A DNA stretch of 63,691 nt, the filler included, from an uncultured bacterium (GTDB taxonomy: Bacteria; CAYUVA01), in assembly GCA_964448115.1 (NCBI GenBank). It is 6 parts of 4 records of this genome, joined end to end, with 100 filler letters (N's around TTAATTAATTAA, not from the genome) between each part and the next. Parts side by side here need not be neighbours in the genome. Positions count along the whole stretch, not along the records: positions 39,321 to 43,272 come from CAYUVA010000015.1; positions 43,373 to 59,636 come from CAYUVA010000015.1; 4 more parts are not named here. One strand, written 5' to 3'. Position numbers and translations under genes: made by a program. Below the pieces are notes generated by a model. The model saw only the letters and a program-made list of their open reading frames with translations. It had not been told where the DNA came from and did not search any database. Shown one piece after another: positions 40,227-50,883 of this stretch (position 1 is the first letter of the stretch; each line of letters opens with the position of its first letter).

Positions 40227-41870
40227 ATGAAGGTATCGCTCATACTTTGCCCGGCGTGGTATCATCAGTCGGTAATCATAGCCATGCCAGCGCTTAGCGC
40301 ATATTTAAGGGCATTTGGATACCAGGTCGATACTTGGGATCTTAACATCGAGTTCTTCCATTTTCTAAGCAGGGAACCTAAACAAACTAGAATATTCGAT
40401 GACGAGCAGGCATGGGTATCCAAGAGAAAATATCAAGACCTGAAGAGTTTGGTTGAGCCTTTTCTTGCTCAAAAGGCTGAACAACTTGCTGCTACCGACT
40501 CAAAGCTTTTTGGCTTCACTTGCTTTAATATGAACCTTTATCCATCATTATCGCTTGCTCGCAAGATTAAGCTCATAAATCCGAACTGCAAGGTCATATT
40601 CGGAGGTCCCAGCGCACATCAACACAGCAAAGGAAATCAGATACTTGCAAGCGGACTTGTGGATGCTATCGTCAGCGGAGAGGGGGAGGCTGCACTGGTG
40701 GATATCCTCAAGCGGATCAAGAGCAGGCGGGGATTTGATGGATGTCCCGGCGTTTCATATATCGATGAGGGGAAGATAATCCACAACCCAGCAAGGGATC
40801 CCCTCGATCTCGATGAGCTACCAGCTCCTGATTTCAGCAGCCTGGATCTTAGCCGTTACACGCTTGAGCATCTAATATTGCCAGTAGAGGGGAGTCGAGG
40901 ATGCGTTGCCCGATGTACATTTTGCTTTGAGAGAAAATTCTGGGCTGTCTATCGCTACCGGAGCCCCTCCAGGATAGTAAATATTATGGATGATCTCGCA
41001 CAGCGATATAACCCGGATGGATTTTACTTCACCGACTCGCTGATTAACGGAAACCTTGGCAACTTCAGGGAGCTTTGCCGGCTATTGGGTCAGGCTCAAC
41101 GGCAGTATAATTGGACCGGCTATGCTCGCATACACCCATTGATGGGCGCAAAAGACCTGGAATCAGCCTTTTATGCGGGCTGTTACCGGCTGGAATACGG
41201 CGTCGAGAGCGGATCGCAAAGGATCTTAGACCTGATGAGGAAAAACTACAATCTCAGTGATGTATATAGAGTTATCGAAGATACATATCGAGCAGGAATC
41301 TTTGCTGAAATAAATCTTATTACCGGCTATCCAGGAGAAACCATGTTAGACTTCTTGCGCACTCTTTTCATGGTGGTCAACCTGAGGAAAAGGATCACTA
41401 TCCTTACCATAAGCCCACTTGGATTTCTCGAAGGGTCCGATCTGCATGATGAATGGAGGGATAATTTTGGTATGATAAGCACAGAGAACCTGCTTGAGAC
41501 TGCAACCAATAGAGCTGTTATGGCAAAGAGAGTGGTGAAGATGTTAGTACCAGACAAGATAAGTCTCTACGCTAAATTAAGATCCCAGGCAGATCGCCTG
41601 GCGAAAAATGGGGACTATGTTGGCTCAATTAAGGCTCTTGACCGCCTATTGAGAATAATCCCCTATCACCCGGATATTCTTTACCAACAGGCTTATAATT
41701 ATATCATGCTAGGAAATTACGATAAGGCAGATCAGCTCATGCGCCAAGAGCTTAGCAGCCAGTTCAGGAGAACTTATGTACTAAAAGAGATCGCAGAATT
41801 GCTCATCAGCAAGGGACAAGAGGATCGAGCCGAGAAGTATCTTTCAGCACTTGATGAAGGGGAGCCTTGA
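40227..41870 (+). CDS. Cobalamin-binding radical SAM protein with C-terminal TPR
   Basis: B12 domain IFGGP..GEGE; SRGCVARCTFC; GVESGS. Confidence 0.88.
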   Translation: MKVSLILCPAWYHQSVIIAMPALSAYLRAFGYQVDTWDLNIEFFHFLSREPKQTRIFDDEQAWVSKRKYQDLKSLVEPFLAQKAEQLAATDSKLFGFTCFNMNLYPSLSLARKIKLINPNCKVIFGGPSAHQHSKGNQILASGLVDAIVSGEGEAALVDILKRIKSRRGFDGCPGVSYIDEGKIIHNPARDPLDLDELPAPDFSSLDLSRYTLEHLILPVEGSRGCVARCTFCFERKFWAVYRYRSPSRIVNIMDDLAQRYNPDGFYFTDSLINGNLGNFRELCRLLGQAQRQYNWTGYARIHPLMGAKDLESAFYAGCYRLEYGVESGSQRILDLMRKNYNLSDVYRVIEDTYRAGIFAEINLITGYPGETMLDFLRTLFMVVNLRKRITILTISPLGFLEGSDLHDEWRDNFGMISTENLLETATNRAVMAKRVVKMLVPDKISLYAKLRSQADRLAKNGDYVGSIKALDRLLRIIPYHPDILYQQAYNYIMLGNYDKADQLMRQELSSQFRRTYVLKEIAELLISKGQEDRAEKYLSALDEGEP

Positions 41871-41874
41871 ATGC

Positions 41875-42549
41875 TCAGTTGCTCTCGGAGACTATTCTTC
41901 CATCGAGCATCTGTAGGGTCCTTTTCGCATATCCAGCGGTAAAGCTATCATGAGTAACTATAATCAGTGTGCGCCGATGTTGCTCATTTAAGTCTTTAAG
42001 TAATTCCATGAGCTTGTAGGCATTCTCCCTATCTACATTGCCGGTCGGCTCATCGGCGAGTATGATCTCAGGGTCGTTTGCCAGGCTCCTTGCGATAGCC
42101 ACCCTTTGTCTTTCGCCACCTGACAGCTTGCTCGGCACCTGGTGCATTCGATGCTCCATTCCTACTTGTTCAAGTAGCTGTGCAGCTCGTTGCCTGCGCT
42201 CAACAGGCGTTAGTTTTAACTCGAACATCGGCAATTGGACATTCTCCATGGCAGTGAGGGTCGGCATTAGATAGAATGCCTGAAATATGAACCCGATGCT
42301 AAGTGCCCTAAAGCCTGCCTTATCCTTAAGATCGTTCAGGCTTTGTCCCTTGAACAGAATATCGCCCGAAGTCGGAGTATCGAGCACTCCAATGAGGTTA
42401 AGCAGGCTCGACTTACCAGAGCCGCTCGGTCCCATAATCGCGATGAATTCCCCTTGCCTAACATTGAAGGATACCCCGTTCAATGCCTTAATCAAGCCAC
42501 CTTCGTATTCCTTGACCAGGTTGATGACCTCAATGATGTTATCACTCAT
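41875..42549 (-). CDS. ABC transporter ATP-binding protein (LolD/MacB-like)
   Basis: GPSGSGKS, LSGGERQR, ADEPTGN. Confidence 0.95.
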   Translation of the reverse strand: MSDNIIEVINLVKEYEGGLIKALNGVSFNVRQGEFIAIMGPSGSGKSSLLNLIGVLDTPTSGDILFKGQSLNDLKDKAGFRALSIGFIFQAFYLMPTLTAMENVQLPMFELKLTPVERRQRAAQLLEQVGMEHRMHQVPSKLSGGERQRVAIARSLANDPEIILADEPTGNVDRENAYKLMELLKDLNEQHRRTLIIVTHDSFTAGYAKRTLQMLDGRIVSESN

Positions 42550-43272
42550 GGCGAATAGCCTCCATCGGTGATATGGAAGCCCCCCAGGCAGCAGGGTATA
42601 TAGCTCCTAGAAAGCCAAGGCTGACTGCAACCGCAAAGGCTTTAATAAATAACAATAAGCCGAAGTCCGCATAGAGCATTCCCTTAACATTGGGCAGGGC
42701 GTTGATCACATTCACCGCCAACAGTCCAAGCAGGGAACCGCATATCCATCCGATCACCGAGATAATGAGCGATTCTGCCATTATCATGCGCAGGATACGA
42801 GTTTTCCGCCAGCCGAGAGCCTTGAGAATGCCTATCTCTCTAGTGCGCTCGAATACCGACATGAACATAGTGTTCATTACTCCGATAGCACCCACGATCA
42901 GTGCGAGAATTGATGTACCCCATGCTGTGGCGCGGGCGATCTTGACGCCGTCGTTGGTTCGAACCGTCTCTTCAACACCCATGGCTATTATATTGGGATA
43001 ACGAGAGTGGATCTGTGCGATCACATCATCAACTTTGGTGGGATCCTGAAGCCTGATGTTGTAAGCTGTAACCACGCCTTGTCGGCTCATAATATTTTGT
43101 AGAGCCTTCAATGGCATAATAGCTCCGCTATTTTCCACAAAATTCCCCGCATCATAAACACCTGTTATATCGAAGACATCTGCCTCCATATCAACATAGT
43201 CGCCAACATCCTTTTTGAGATAATCAGCAAGCCCAGTGCCTAACATTATGGTGTTCTTGTTGAGATCAGGCT
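42542..43272 (-). CDS. ABC transporter permease (FtsX/MacB-like), 5' truncated by gap
   Basis: MSVFERTREIGILKALG, ISPMEAIRHE. Confidence 0.9.
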
Positions 43273-43372
43273 NNNNNNNNNNNNNNNNNNNNNNNNNNNN
43301 NNNNNNNNNNNNNNNNTTAATTAATTAANNNNNNNNNNNNNNNNNNNNNNNNNNNNNNNNNNNNNNNNNNNN

Positions 43373-44082
<710 letters not shown>

Positions 44083-44097
44083 ATAAGGAGAATATCA

Positions 44098-45711
44098 ATG
44101 AAATCTATTGAAAAGCCATTGAACCTTCTCGAAGAGCCATTGTTCGAGGCGATTCTATCCGAGGGTGGTGTTACATCTTCCTTGCCCCTTCCCGGTATCC
44201 TGGAGAATCTCTGCACACAGCGCATCCAGGCTTTCCCAGCCCTGCAAGTGCATCAATCACACGCCTGGTATGCCTTTTTAGTCCAACTGGCAGCAATGGC
44301 AATAGACAAAGGGATGCTCGAGGAATGGAAGCGCCTTAATCTTCGCTATGGAACCCCATGGCAGCAACTTGATCAGGGAACATGGAAGAAATGCCTGTTG
44401 GCGCTGACCGATGGTGCGATTGAACCGTGGTGTCTCGTGGTTCAAGATCCGCTCAAGCCCGCATTCATGCAGGCTCCGGCTCCTGAAGGATCGCTCAAGA
44501 CATTCAAAAAGTTGGACGATGATGAAGCAGACCTCGATATTCTGGTGCTCACCAAGAACCATGATATCAAGATCAATCGCATGGCCAGAAGGGATGTGGA
44601 GCAGGTTATCTACGGTCTGATCACCATACAGACGCTAAGTGGCTATTCTGGATACGGGAACTACGGCATCGCCCGCATGAACAGCGGACTCGGCAGCCGA
44701 CCTTGCGTTACTGTAGTGCCGAGGGACTTGTCGCTACGCTTTCAGAGGGACCTGTACATAATGATAGCAGCGTTGGACAAAGATACAAGGAACGAAAGCA
44801 TTGAGCGCAGAGAAAAGGGGCACACCATCCTTTGGACGATCCCCTGGGATGGAAAGGAGCAGTTGGATATAACGAGCTGCCATCCATATTTCTTGGAGAT
44901 CTGCCGCCGCTTGCGTTTAACCTACGATGAGCAGGGTGACCTGGCTATCTACAAGAAGCCAACCCAGGCAGCAAGGATAAATGCCATAGAGCTTCAGGGG
45001 AACACTGGGGATCCGTGGACTCCGGTAAACAAAGATGGAAAAGCTCTCACCGTCAGCAGCGCTGGATTCCATTATCGATTGGTACAAGAATTACTTCTAA
45101 GTGGCAATTATCAAGAACCTATAACACAGCAAATCAACCCCTTGGACAACGACATCGAGGAGATGTACTTCTTTACCCAGGTATTGATCCGCTGGCAACG
45201 CAAGACCGAGGGTTACTTCGAGCGCAGGATACCACTGCCTCACAAGGTGCGTGACTTCCTATCCCTGGAAGAGGATACCAGACTGGAGCAGGTTGCAAAC
45301 CTGTCTCAAGAGCTGGTCAACATCGCCGCAAATGTTGAATACAGGGTGCTAGCTCCCGCCATCAGAAAACTATCTGATCCGGAGAACAGCGCAGCAAGAT
45401 GGATCAAAGAAATGGATAGCGCAGCAAGATGGATCAAAGAAATGGATCACATCGTGGATGATATCTTCTTCGAGTTCCTCTGGGAATCGCTGGAAAGGGA
45501 TAAGAAAACCGGCGATATCCTTACCGAATGGAAAGAAAAGATGGTCATGGAGCTTGCTTATAGACAACTGCAGGAGGCGATACGATTCAGCGCCATACCG
45601 GATGCACGCCGATTCGAGAAGATAGTCGCCGCTGAGCGTATATTCTGGGCTAGTGCAAGAAAAAACTGCCCAGAGATATTCAATAAGAAGGAAGGAGTAA
45701 AAAATGCTTGA
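44098..45711 (+). CDS. cas8e: Type I-E large subunit Cas8e/CasA
   Basis: Position, NLLEEP start, GNYGIARMNSG, FLEICRRLRL, DPWTP. Confidence 0.85.
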   Translation: MKSIEKPLNLLEEPLFEAILSEGGVTSSLPLPGILENLCTQRIQAFPALQVHQSHAWYAFLVQLAAMAIDKGMLEEWKRLNLRYGTPWQQLDQGTWKKCLLALTDGAIEPWCLVVQDPLKPAFMQAPAPEGSLKTFKKLDDDEADLDILVLTKNHDIKINRMARRDVEQVIYGLITIQTLSGYSGYGNYGIARMNSGLGSRPCVTVVPRDLSLRFQRDLYIMIAALDKDTRNESIERREKGHTILWTIPWDGKEQLDITSCHPYFLEICRRLRLTYDEQGDLAIYKKPTQAARINAIELQGNTGDPWTPVNKDGKALTVSSAGFHYRLVQELLLSGNYQEPITQQINPLDNDIEEMYFFTQVLIRWQRKTEGYFERRIPLPHKVRDFLSLEEDTRLEQVANLSQELVNIAANVEYRVLAPAIRKLSDPENSAARWIKEMDSAARWIKEMDHIVDDIFFEFLWESLERDKKTGDILTEWKEKMVMELAYRQLQEAIRFSAIPDARRFEKIVAAERIFWASARKNCPEIFNKKEGVKNA

Positions 45712-46285
45712 GAATGAGGTTTTGGAGACCAAAGAACAGAGCGATGAATCCTTTAAGACAACCTTTTCGGATTCACTATCTAAGATCATTAACTTTTTAG
45801 ATGTAAGTCTCATCCATAAACTTGATAAGGGTGATGTGGCTGAATTGAGGAGAATCCAGGTCGGTGAGCTTCCTTCATGCCCCGCATTCTGGAAGCTGAT
45901 CACCTCGCCAGTCTTCTCTTTGGTACTTACCGAGTACGAACCGGCACTACTGGAGCAGGAGAAGCAATGGGCGGTTGTAATGGCTTCAATGGCTTTGAGC
46001 GCAGGATTGCACGATGTAAAGTCGCGGCTTGGAGAGAGCCTGGCAAAGGCAGAGTATTCGGAGATGCGACTGGAGCGCCTTCTCAGAGCGCAGGGAGAGG
46101 ATCTGCAAAAACATATCCTGCTCACCGCACGCTTCTTAAACGCAAAGGCGCAGCATTTCAACTGCATCGAGATGGCTGGGCTTATATTTTATGAGCCTAA
46201 CAAAGAACTATCAGACAAATTAAGACACAGTATCGCCCGTGGATACTACTTTAACCGCTTTGCACAGAAGAAAGGAGAAGAGTGA
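45704..46285 (+). CDS. cse2: Type I-E small subunit Cse2/CasB
   Basis: AELRR, SEMRLERLLRA, IARGYY; position. Confidence 0.85.
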   Translation: MLENEVLETKEQSDESFKTTFSDSLSKIINFLDVSLIHKLDKGDVAELRRIQVGELPSCPAFWKLITSPVFSLVLTEYEPALLEQEKQWAVVMASMALSAGLHDVKSRLGESLAKAEYSEMRLERLLRAQGEDLQKHILLTARFLNAKAQHFNCIEMAGLIFYEPNKELSDKLRHSIARGYYFNRFAQKKGEE

Positions 46286-46286
46286 T

Positions 46287-47540
46287 ATGCTAGACTTCTC
46301 ACCTAGATTCGTTCAGATTCACTATCTGACATCGTATCCATCAGCGCTGCTCAACAGGGATGACGCAGGCTTCGCAAAGAGAATCCCCTTTGGAGGGGCT
46401 ACAAGAACCCGCATTTCCTCACAGTGCTTAAAGAGACACTGGAGGAAGTTCGATGGAGAGCACTCGCTACGATCTTTGGAGATCGGCATGTCGGTGCGCT
46501 CCAGGAGAACCTTTGATCGCTACATCTACAGGGCGCTTTTGGATGATCAGTTGCCCGAAGAGCTGGTTAAGATAGCGACCGAAGAGGTTATGAAGCAGGT
46601 GCTCGGTGAAAGCCCCAAACGGAAGGAGAAGAAAAAAGGGGAGGAAGAACAAGGCGCAGCGAAGCAAAGCGAAGACCACAGCAAGGGAATCTCCTTCGAA
46701 ACCGGACAGGTCACAGTCCTGGGACACAAGGAGCTTGACTACATCCGATCCGAGATCAAGAAAGCTATCTTGGAGTCGAACAACGAAGCCAAGCATCTAA
46801 GAGAGATCCTCAAAGACCGCTTCAAAAAGGGCGAAGGCAAGAAGAACCTCGAAGCGCTGCGCAATGGAGCCGGGCTTGATGCAGCACTATTCGGCAGAAT
46901 GGTTACCGGAGATATTCTTGCCAGGATCGATGCACCTGTGCATGTCGCCCACGCCTTCACCGTGCACGCAGAGAGCACCGAGCCGGATTACTTCACCGTA
47001 GTCGATGACCTGATGGGGGAGACCGAACTCGGCGCCGCGCACATCAACACAACCGAGCTGAGCAGCGGACTCTACTATGGATACATCGCTATCGATGTCC
47101 CACTGCTGATATCTAACCTGGAAGGGTGTAAGCCGAACGATATCTGGCAGGCGGACAAGGAGCTTGCAGCCAAGGTGGTAAGAAGCCTTATCTACACGGT
47201 AGCCACAGTCTCACCAGGTGCTAAACTCGGCTCAACAGCACCACACAGCTACGCAAACCTGGTAATGATCGAGACCGGCAACGCTCAACCCAGAACTATG
47301 GCTAATGCCTTCTTAAAGCCAGTTTCGATGCGAGGAGATCTATTGACCAACGCTTATGATATGCTTGCCAAACATTGGAAAGCACTCAAGGGAATGTATC
47401 CTGACCTTGCGACCAATGCTAAACTGGCTGGTATCGGACAACTCGACGAGCTTCTAAGGGCACTAGACAACGGACAGCAGAAATCTTTATCCCTCAACGA
47501 ACTGGCAGACTGGGCAGCAGCATCGATCAAGGGGGTGTAG
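46287..47540 (+). CDS. cas7: Type I-E Cas7/CasC
   Basis: LLNRDDAG, RISSQCLKR, ALFGRM, DYFTVVDD. Confidence 0.95.
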   Translation: MLDFSPRFVQIHYLTSYPSALLNRDDAGFAKRIPFGGATRTRISSQCLKRHWRKFDGEHSLRSLEIGMSVRSRRTFDRYIYRALLDDQLPEELVKIATEEVMKQVLGESPKRKEKKKGEEEQGAAKQSEDHSKGISFETGQVTVLGHKELDYIRSEIKKAILESNNEAKHLREILKDRFKKGEGKKNLEALRNGAGLDAALFGRMVTGDILARIDAPVHVAHAFTVHAESTEPDYFTVVDDLMGETELGAAHINTTELSSGLYYGYIAIDVPLLISNLEGCKPNDIWQADKELAAKVVRSLIYTVATVSPGAKLGSTAPHSYANLVMIETGNAQPRTMANAFLKPVSMRGDLLTNAYDMLAKHWKALKGMYPDLATNAKLAGIGQLDELLRALDNGQQKSLSLNELADWAAASIKGV

Positions 47541-47544
47541 AAAT

Positions 47545-48306
47545 ATGCTTGAGATCGATATCATCCTGCTTAGATTCGATGCGCCAATGATCAGCTTCGG
47601 CAGAGAACTGGTCGATAACTATGGATACATTCAGCCTTGGCCAGCCCGGTCTTTAATGACCGGGCTGCTCGCCAATGCGCTGGGTTATGACCATAGCGAG
47701 GCTGAAAAGCTCAATCAACTCCAGCAAAGGCTAATTTATGCCTTAAGATGCGATAAGCCTGGCAGGGAATTCACCGATTTCCACACCGTTGACCTGGGAC
47801 AGAAACACCTGGTCAATACCGGCTGGACTACCAGAACAAGACCCATCGGCAGAGGCGGAGCATCAGGTGAAGCGACCCACATCAGATATCGACACTACTA
47901 CGCTGACAGCATCTACACGCTGGCATTGACACTCAAGGAACCGAGCCAACAGCCAACTATGGACAGGCTACAGGAAGCGCTTAGATTTCCAGCACGACCC
48001 CTTTTCATCGGAAGAAAAACATGCCTACCCGCAGCACCCATATTCTTGGAAAGGGTTAAAGATCGATCACTTATAGACGCTCTTAAAAAGGCGAATTTAC
48101 ACCAAAGAGCAACAAAGGAGCTATCCCAAGAGTCGATCTACTTGCAGGCGTGGTGGGACACAGAGGATACCTGTCCAGACCAGTCCCAGCAGTCGGGATC
48201 AAGGATGATCCCGGTTACCGACATGAGGGACTGGTTGAACCAGATCCACTGTGGAAGGCGATTTATCTATCACGGAAGAATCAAGCTGGAAGGAAATGGC
48301 AAATGA
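47545..48306 (+). CDS. cas5: Type I-E Cas5/CasD
   Basis: APMISFG, GLLANALG, DFHTV, PLFIGRK. Confidence 0.93.
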   Translation: MLEIDIILLRFDAPMISFGRELVDNYGYIQPWPARSLMTGLLANALGYDHSEAEKLNQLQQRLIYALRCDKPGREFTDFHTVDLGQKHLVNTGWTTRTRPIGRGGASGEATHIRYRHYYADSIYTLALTLKEPSQQPTMDRLQEALRFPARPLFIGRKTCLPAAPIFLERVKDRSLIDALKKANLHQRATKELSQESIYLQAWWDTEDTCPDQSQQSGSRMIPVTDMRDWLNQIHCGRRFIYHGRIKLEGNGK

Positions 48307-49085
48307 GCAATCAAAACGGAAAACTCAACATGGTGCAGACATACTTCTCTATCAGATCACTCATGCAACTAGCTCGACTCAATAAGCTACCCATACACTT
48401 TCTCGACCTCGGATACATCGTACACTGCAAGCTCAGAAAGCTATTCGGCGACCTCGCTCCCGCACCATTTCGGCTCATGGAAGATAGACACGACCACGCG
48501 AAACTAAGAATACTAGGATATTCGATGGCTACCGTGGAGCAGCTTATTGAACATGCCAACCAATTCGCTCTGCCCGAGGCATTCCAGGGCTTTGATCCTG
48601 ATACAACAATGCACAAACCGATGCCAGAAACCTGGAAGCCAGGACAGTTATTCTCATTCGAGGTGCTTGTCTGCCCCATAAGAAGAATAAAGAAGCAAGA
48701 TCCAGATAATCCTGACCACAAGATAAGTGTCGAAATCGATGCCTTCCTCGCCGAGTGCATAAATCAAGGAGGCTTCGGGAAGAAGTATGTTGACCGACAG
48801 AAGGTTTACAACCAGTGGCTCAAGGAGCAGTTCCAGACCATCCGCGGAGCAACACTCATAAAATCGAGGCTCTATGGCTTCAGGCGCATGCGACATATCA
48901 GGCTTACAAAGGAGAAAAACAGGAAAGCAAAAACTATAGAGCGCCCCTGCGCACTGATGGTCGGACAACTTAAGATCCAAGAACCGAATCAATTCAACAA
49001 AATGATAAAAAGAGGGATCGGAAGACATAGAGCCTTCGGATATGGTATGCTATTACTAAAACCGTGGGATGAAACTCTATGTTAG
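48303..49085 (+). CDS. cas6e: Type I-E Cas6/CasE
   Basis: C-terminal GIGRHRAFGYGML Gly-rich loop. Confidence 0.93.
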   Translation: MSNQNGKLNMVQTYFSIRSLMQLARLNKLPIHFLDLGYIVHCKLRKLFGDLAPAPFRLMEDRHDHAKLRILGYSMATVEQLIEHANQFALPEAFQGFDPDTTMHKPMPETWKPGQLFSFEVLVCPIRRIKKQDPDNPDHKISVEIDAFLAECINQGGFGKKYVDRQKVYNQWLKEQFQTIRGATLIKSRLYGFRRMRHIRLTKEKNRKAKTIERPCALMVGQLKIQEPNQFNKMIKRGIGRHRAFGYGMLLLKPWDETLC

Positions 49086-49969
49086 AAGGTAGGCTAGGAC
49101 TCGAAACCGCTCGTGTACCTCATATCGATCGGCACGGGCTTATGTCCCTGGAATGGGGGAATCTTTATGTGGATGCAGGAACACTAAGATTCACGGCAGC
49201 TACTTCAGATACACTAGAAGCCGGAGACTACGCAATACCATTCCAGGGACTCTCGATCATATTATTAGGACCAGGATGTACAGTAAGCCATGATGCAATG
49301 AGGCTCCTAGCCAGGCACGGTACCGGGCTCATATGCATCGGAAAGGACGGAGTTAAATACTACGCTTCTATGCCATTCGGTCCAAACGACTCTACCCTAG
49401 CAAGAAGGCAGGCGAGATTCTGGGCAGATAAGAAAGGCATGAGACTAGTCATCGCTAAGAAAATGTTCTCCATGAGATTTGGGGAAGATGTCTCTAGCCA
49501 GAGTATCGAACAACTCAGAGGTATCGAGGGACATAGAGCAAGAACAATGTACGAGATAACAGCTCGACAGTTCGGTATCCCATGGAAAGGGAGAAGATAC
49601 GACCGAGCTAATCCAGAAGATGCTGATTTACCAAACCAGGCTATAAATCATGCTTCAACATTCTGCGAGGCTGCAGCAATGATAGCTGTTACTGCTACCG
49701 GAACAATACCTTCCCTTGGCTTCATACACCAAGACCCTAGTATCTCTTTCGTACTCGATATATCAGACCTATTCAGGACTAAGTTTATCATTGACATCGC
49801 ATTCACTGCTACACAGAAATTTCTGAAACAAAAGAAAAAGCGATTCTCAATCGAGCAGATTACAAGAAGAATTGCCGGAATGAAATTTAGAAGGGAGAAA
49901 CTGATTCCATCAATGATCGATTCCATAAAGGAAGTACTAAAAGAAGATGACAATAGTGGTAACACGTAA
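49079..49969 (+). CDS. cas1: Type I-E Cas1
   Basis: LGPG..VSH, LRGIEG, WKGRRYD, LGFIH, FVLDISD. Confidence 0.96.
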   Translation: MLEGRLGLETARVPHIDRHGLMSLEWGNLYVDAGTLRFTAATSDTLEAGDYAIPFQGLSIILLGPGCTVSHDAMRLLARHGTGLICIGKDGVKYYASMPFGPNDSTLARRQARFWADKKGMRLVIAKKMFSMRFGEDVSSQSIEQLRGIEGHRARTMYEITARQFGIPWKGRRYDRANPEDADLPNQAINHASTFCEAAAMIAVTATGTIPSLGFIHQDPSISFVLDISDLFRTKFIIDIAFTATQKFLKQKKKRFSIEQITRRIAGMKFRREKLIPSMIDSIKEVLKEDDNSGNT

Positions 49970-50351
49970 TGTTCCCGATCGCACAAGAGGATTCCTCGCT
50001 TCCGTCATGCTTGAAATCGCCCCTGGAGTGTATATATCTCCTCGAATGAATGTCGCTGTACGAGAAAGAATATGGGTGGTCTTGAACAAGTGGGCATCTG
50101 ATGACCCTGATGAGGGGGTTGTAATGGTGTTCAACGATTCAAGTCAACCTGGAGGGCTTGGGATCCAGGTTATAGGTGCACCAAAAACTGATATCGTGGA
50201 CATCGACGGCATGTTTGTCGTTAGAAGAGAGCCGACTAAGGCTCAGATGGAGAATCTCAAAAAGAAATTAGGATCTTTGACAGTTGAAGATAAAACTAAA
50301 GGATCAAAAATTCCTGAAGATGAATCTAAGGGGTCAACGACTGATAAATAG
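49947..50351 (+). CDS. cas2: Type I-E Cas2 with ~40-aa charged tail
   Basis: RGFLASVMLEIAPGVYIS, VRERIW, DIDG. Confidence 0.93.
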   Translation: MTIVVTRNVPDRTRGFLASVMLEIAPGVYISPRMNVAVRERIWVVLNKWASDDPDEGVVMVFNDSSQPGGLGIQVIGAPKTDIVDIDGMFVVRREPTKAQMENLKKKLGSLTVEDKTKGSKIPEDESKGSTTDK

Positions 50352-50439
50352 TAATTGATCTACTTACCTAGTCCATGTGGGAGTGTCCTTCTGGGCGCAA
50401 CCGATCCTCTCTTGAGACCCCTCTTACTTAGAGGGTTAG

Positions 50440-50642
50440 GAGTCTGTCTCAAAATATCCAAGAAGTCCAATACCCTGTCATTACGCGCGAGTGAGCATAA
50501 GTGAGCGAGTCGAGGAATCTCCCCCATATATTCCTCACAGTTTGTGGGGAAAGATGGGAGAGAGATCCCTCGACTTGGTCCCTATTTTTTCAAAAATCGG
50601 GAATTAGCTCGGGATGACAGGTGAGGATTTTGAGACAAAGTC
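50440..50642. mobile_element. Non-coding MITE-like element between cas2 and the CRISPR leader
   Basis: Terminal inverted repeats TGTCTCAAAAT/ATTTTGAGACA enclosing CCTGTCAT..ATGACAGG; close copy starts at ~63626. Confidence 0.6.
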
Positions 50643-50709
50643 ATTATGAAGAGGGCAAATACACTCTACTAGAGGGGTGGCTGCCTGCAGAGCCAAGCTG
50701 ACAGGTGCA

Positions 50710-50883
50710 TAACTATTTCGCTAAAGCATTTGCAATTCCATAAAAAATGTTGTATGAATACTCTCGAATAGTGGATATCCTACACATTAAGACAGTGGTT
50801 AACATATTGAAAATAAAGATGAAATATTGCCTGATCACAACACAGAATATTTTAATCTGATTGAAGGATTACAGTGAAAAAGA
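50710..50883 (+). promoter_or_regulatory. CRISPR leader
   Basis: AT-rich non-coding region abutting repeat 1; IHF-like TAACATATTGAAA near 50800; degenerate repeat lies at the opposite end. Confidence 0.75.

Noticed and set aside
44098-48306. HNH-fused Cas8/Cas5 or transposon-associated Cascade variant
   Set aside because: Normal lengths, no HNH motif, cas3 present, no tns genes seen
50230-50351. Cas2 C-terminal extension as a DnaQ/DEDDh fusion
   Set aside because: Only ~40 low-complexity charged residues and no DEDDh motif
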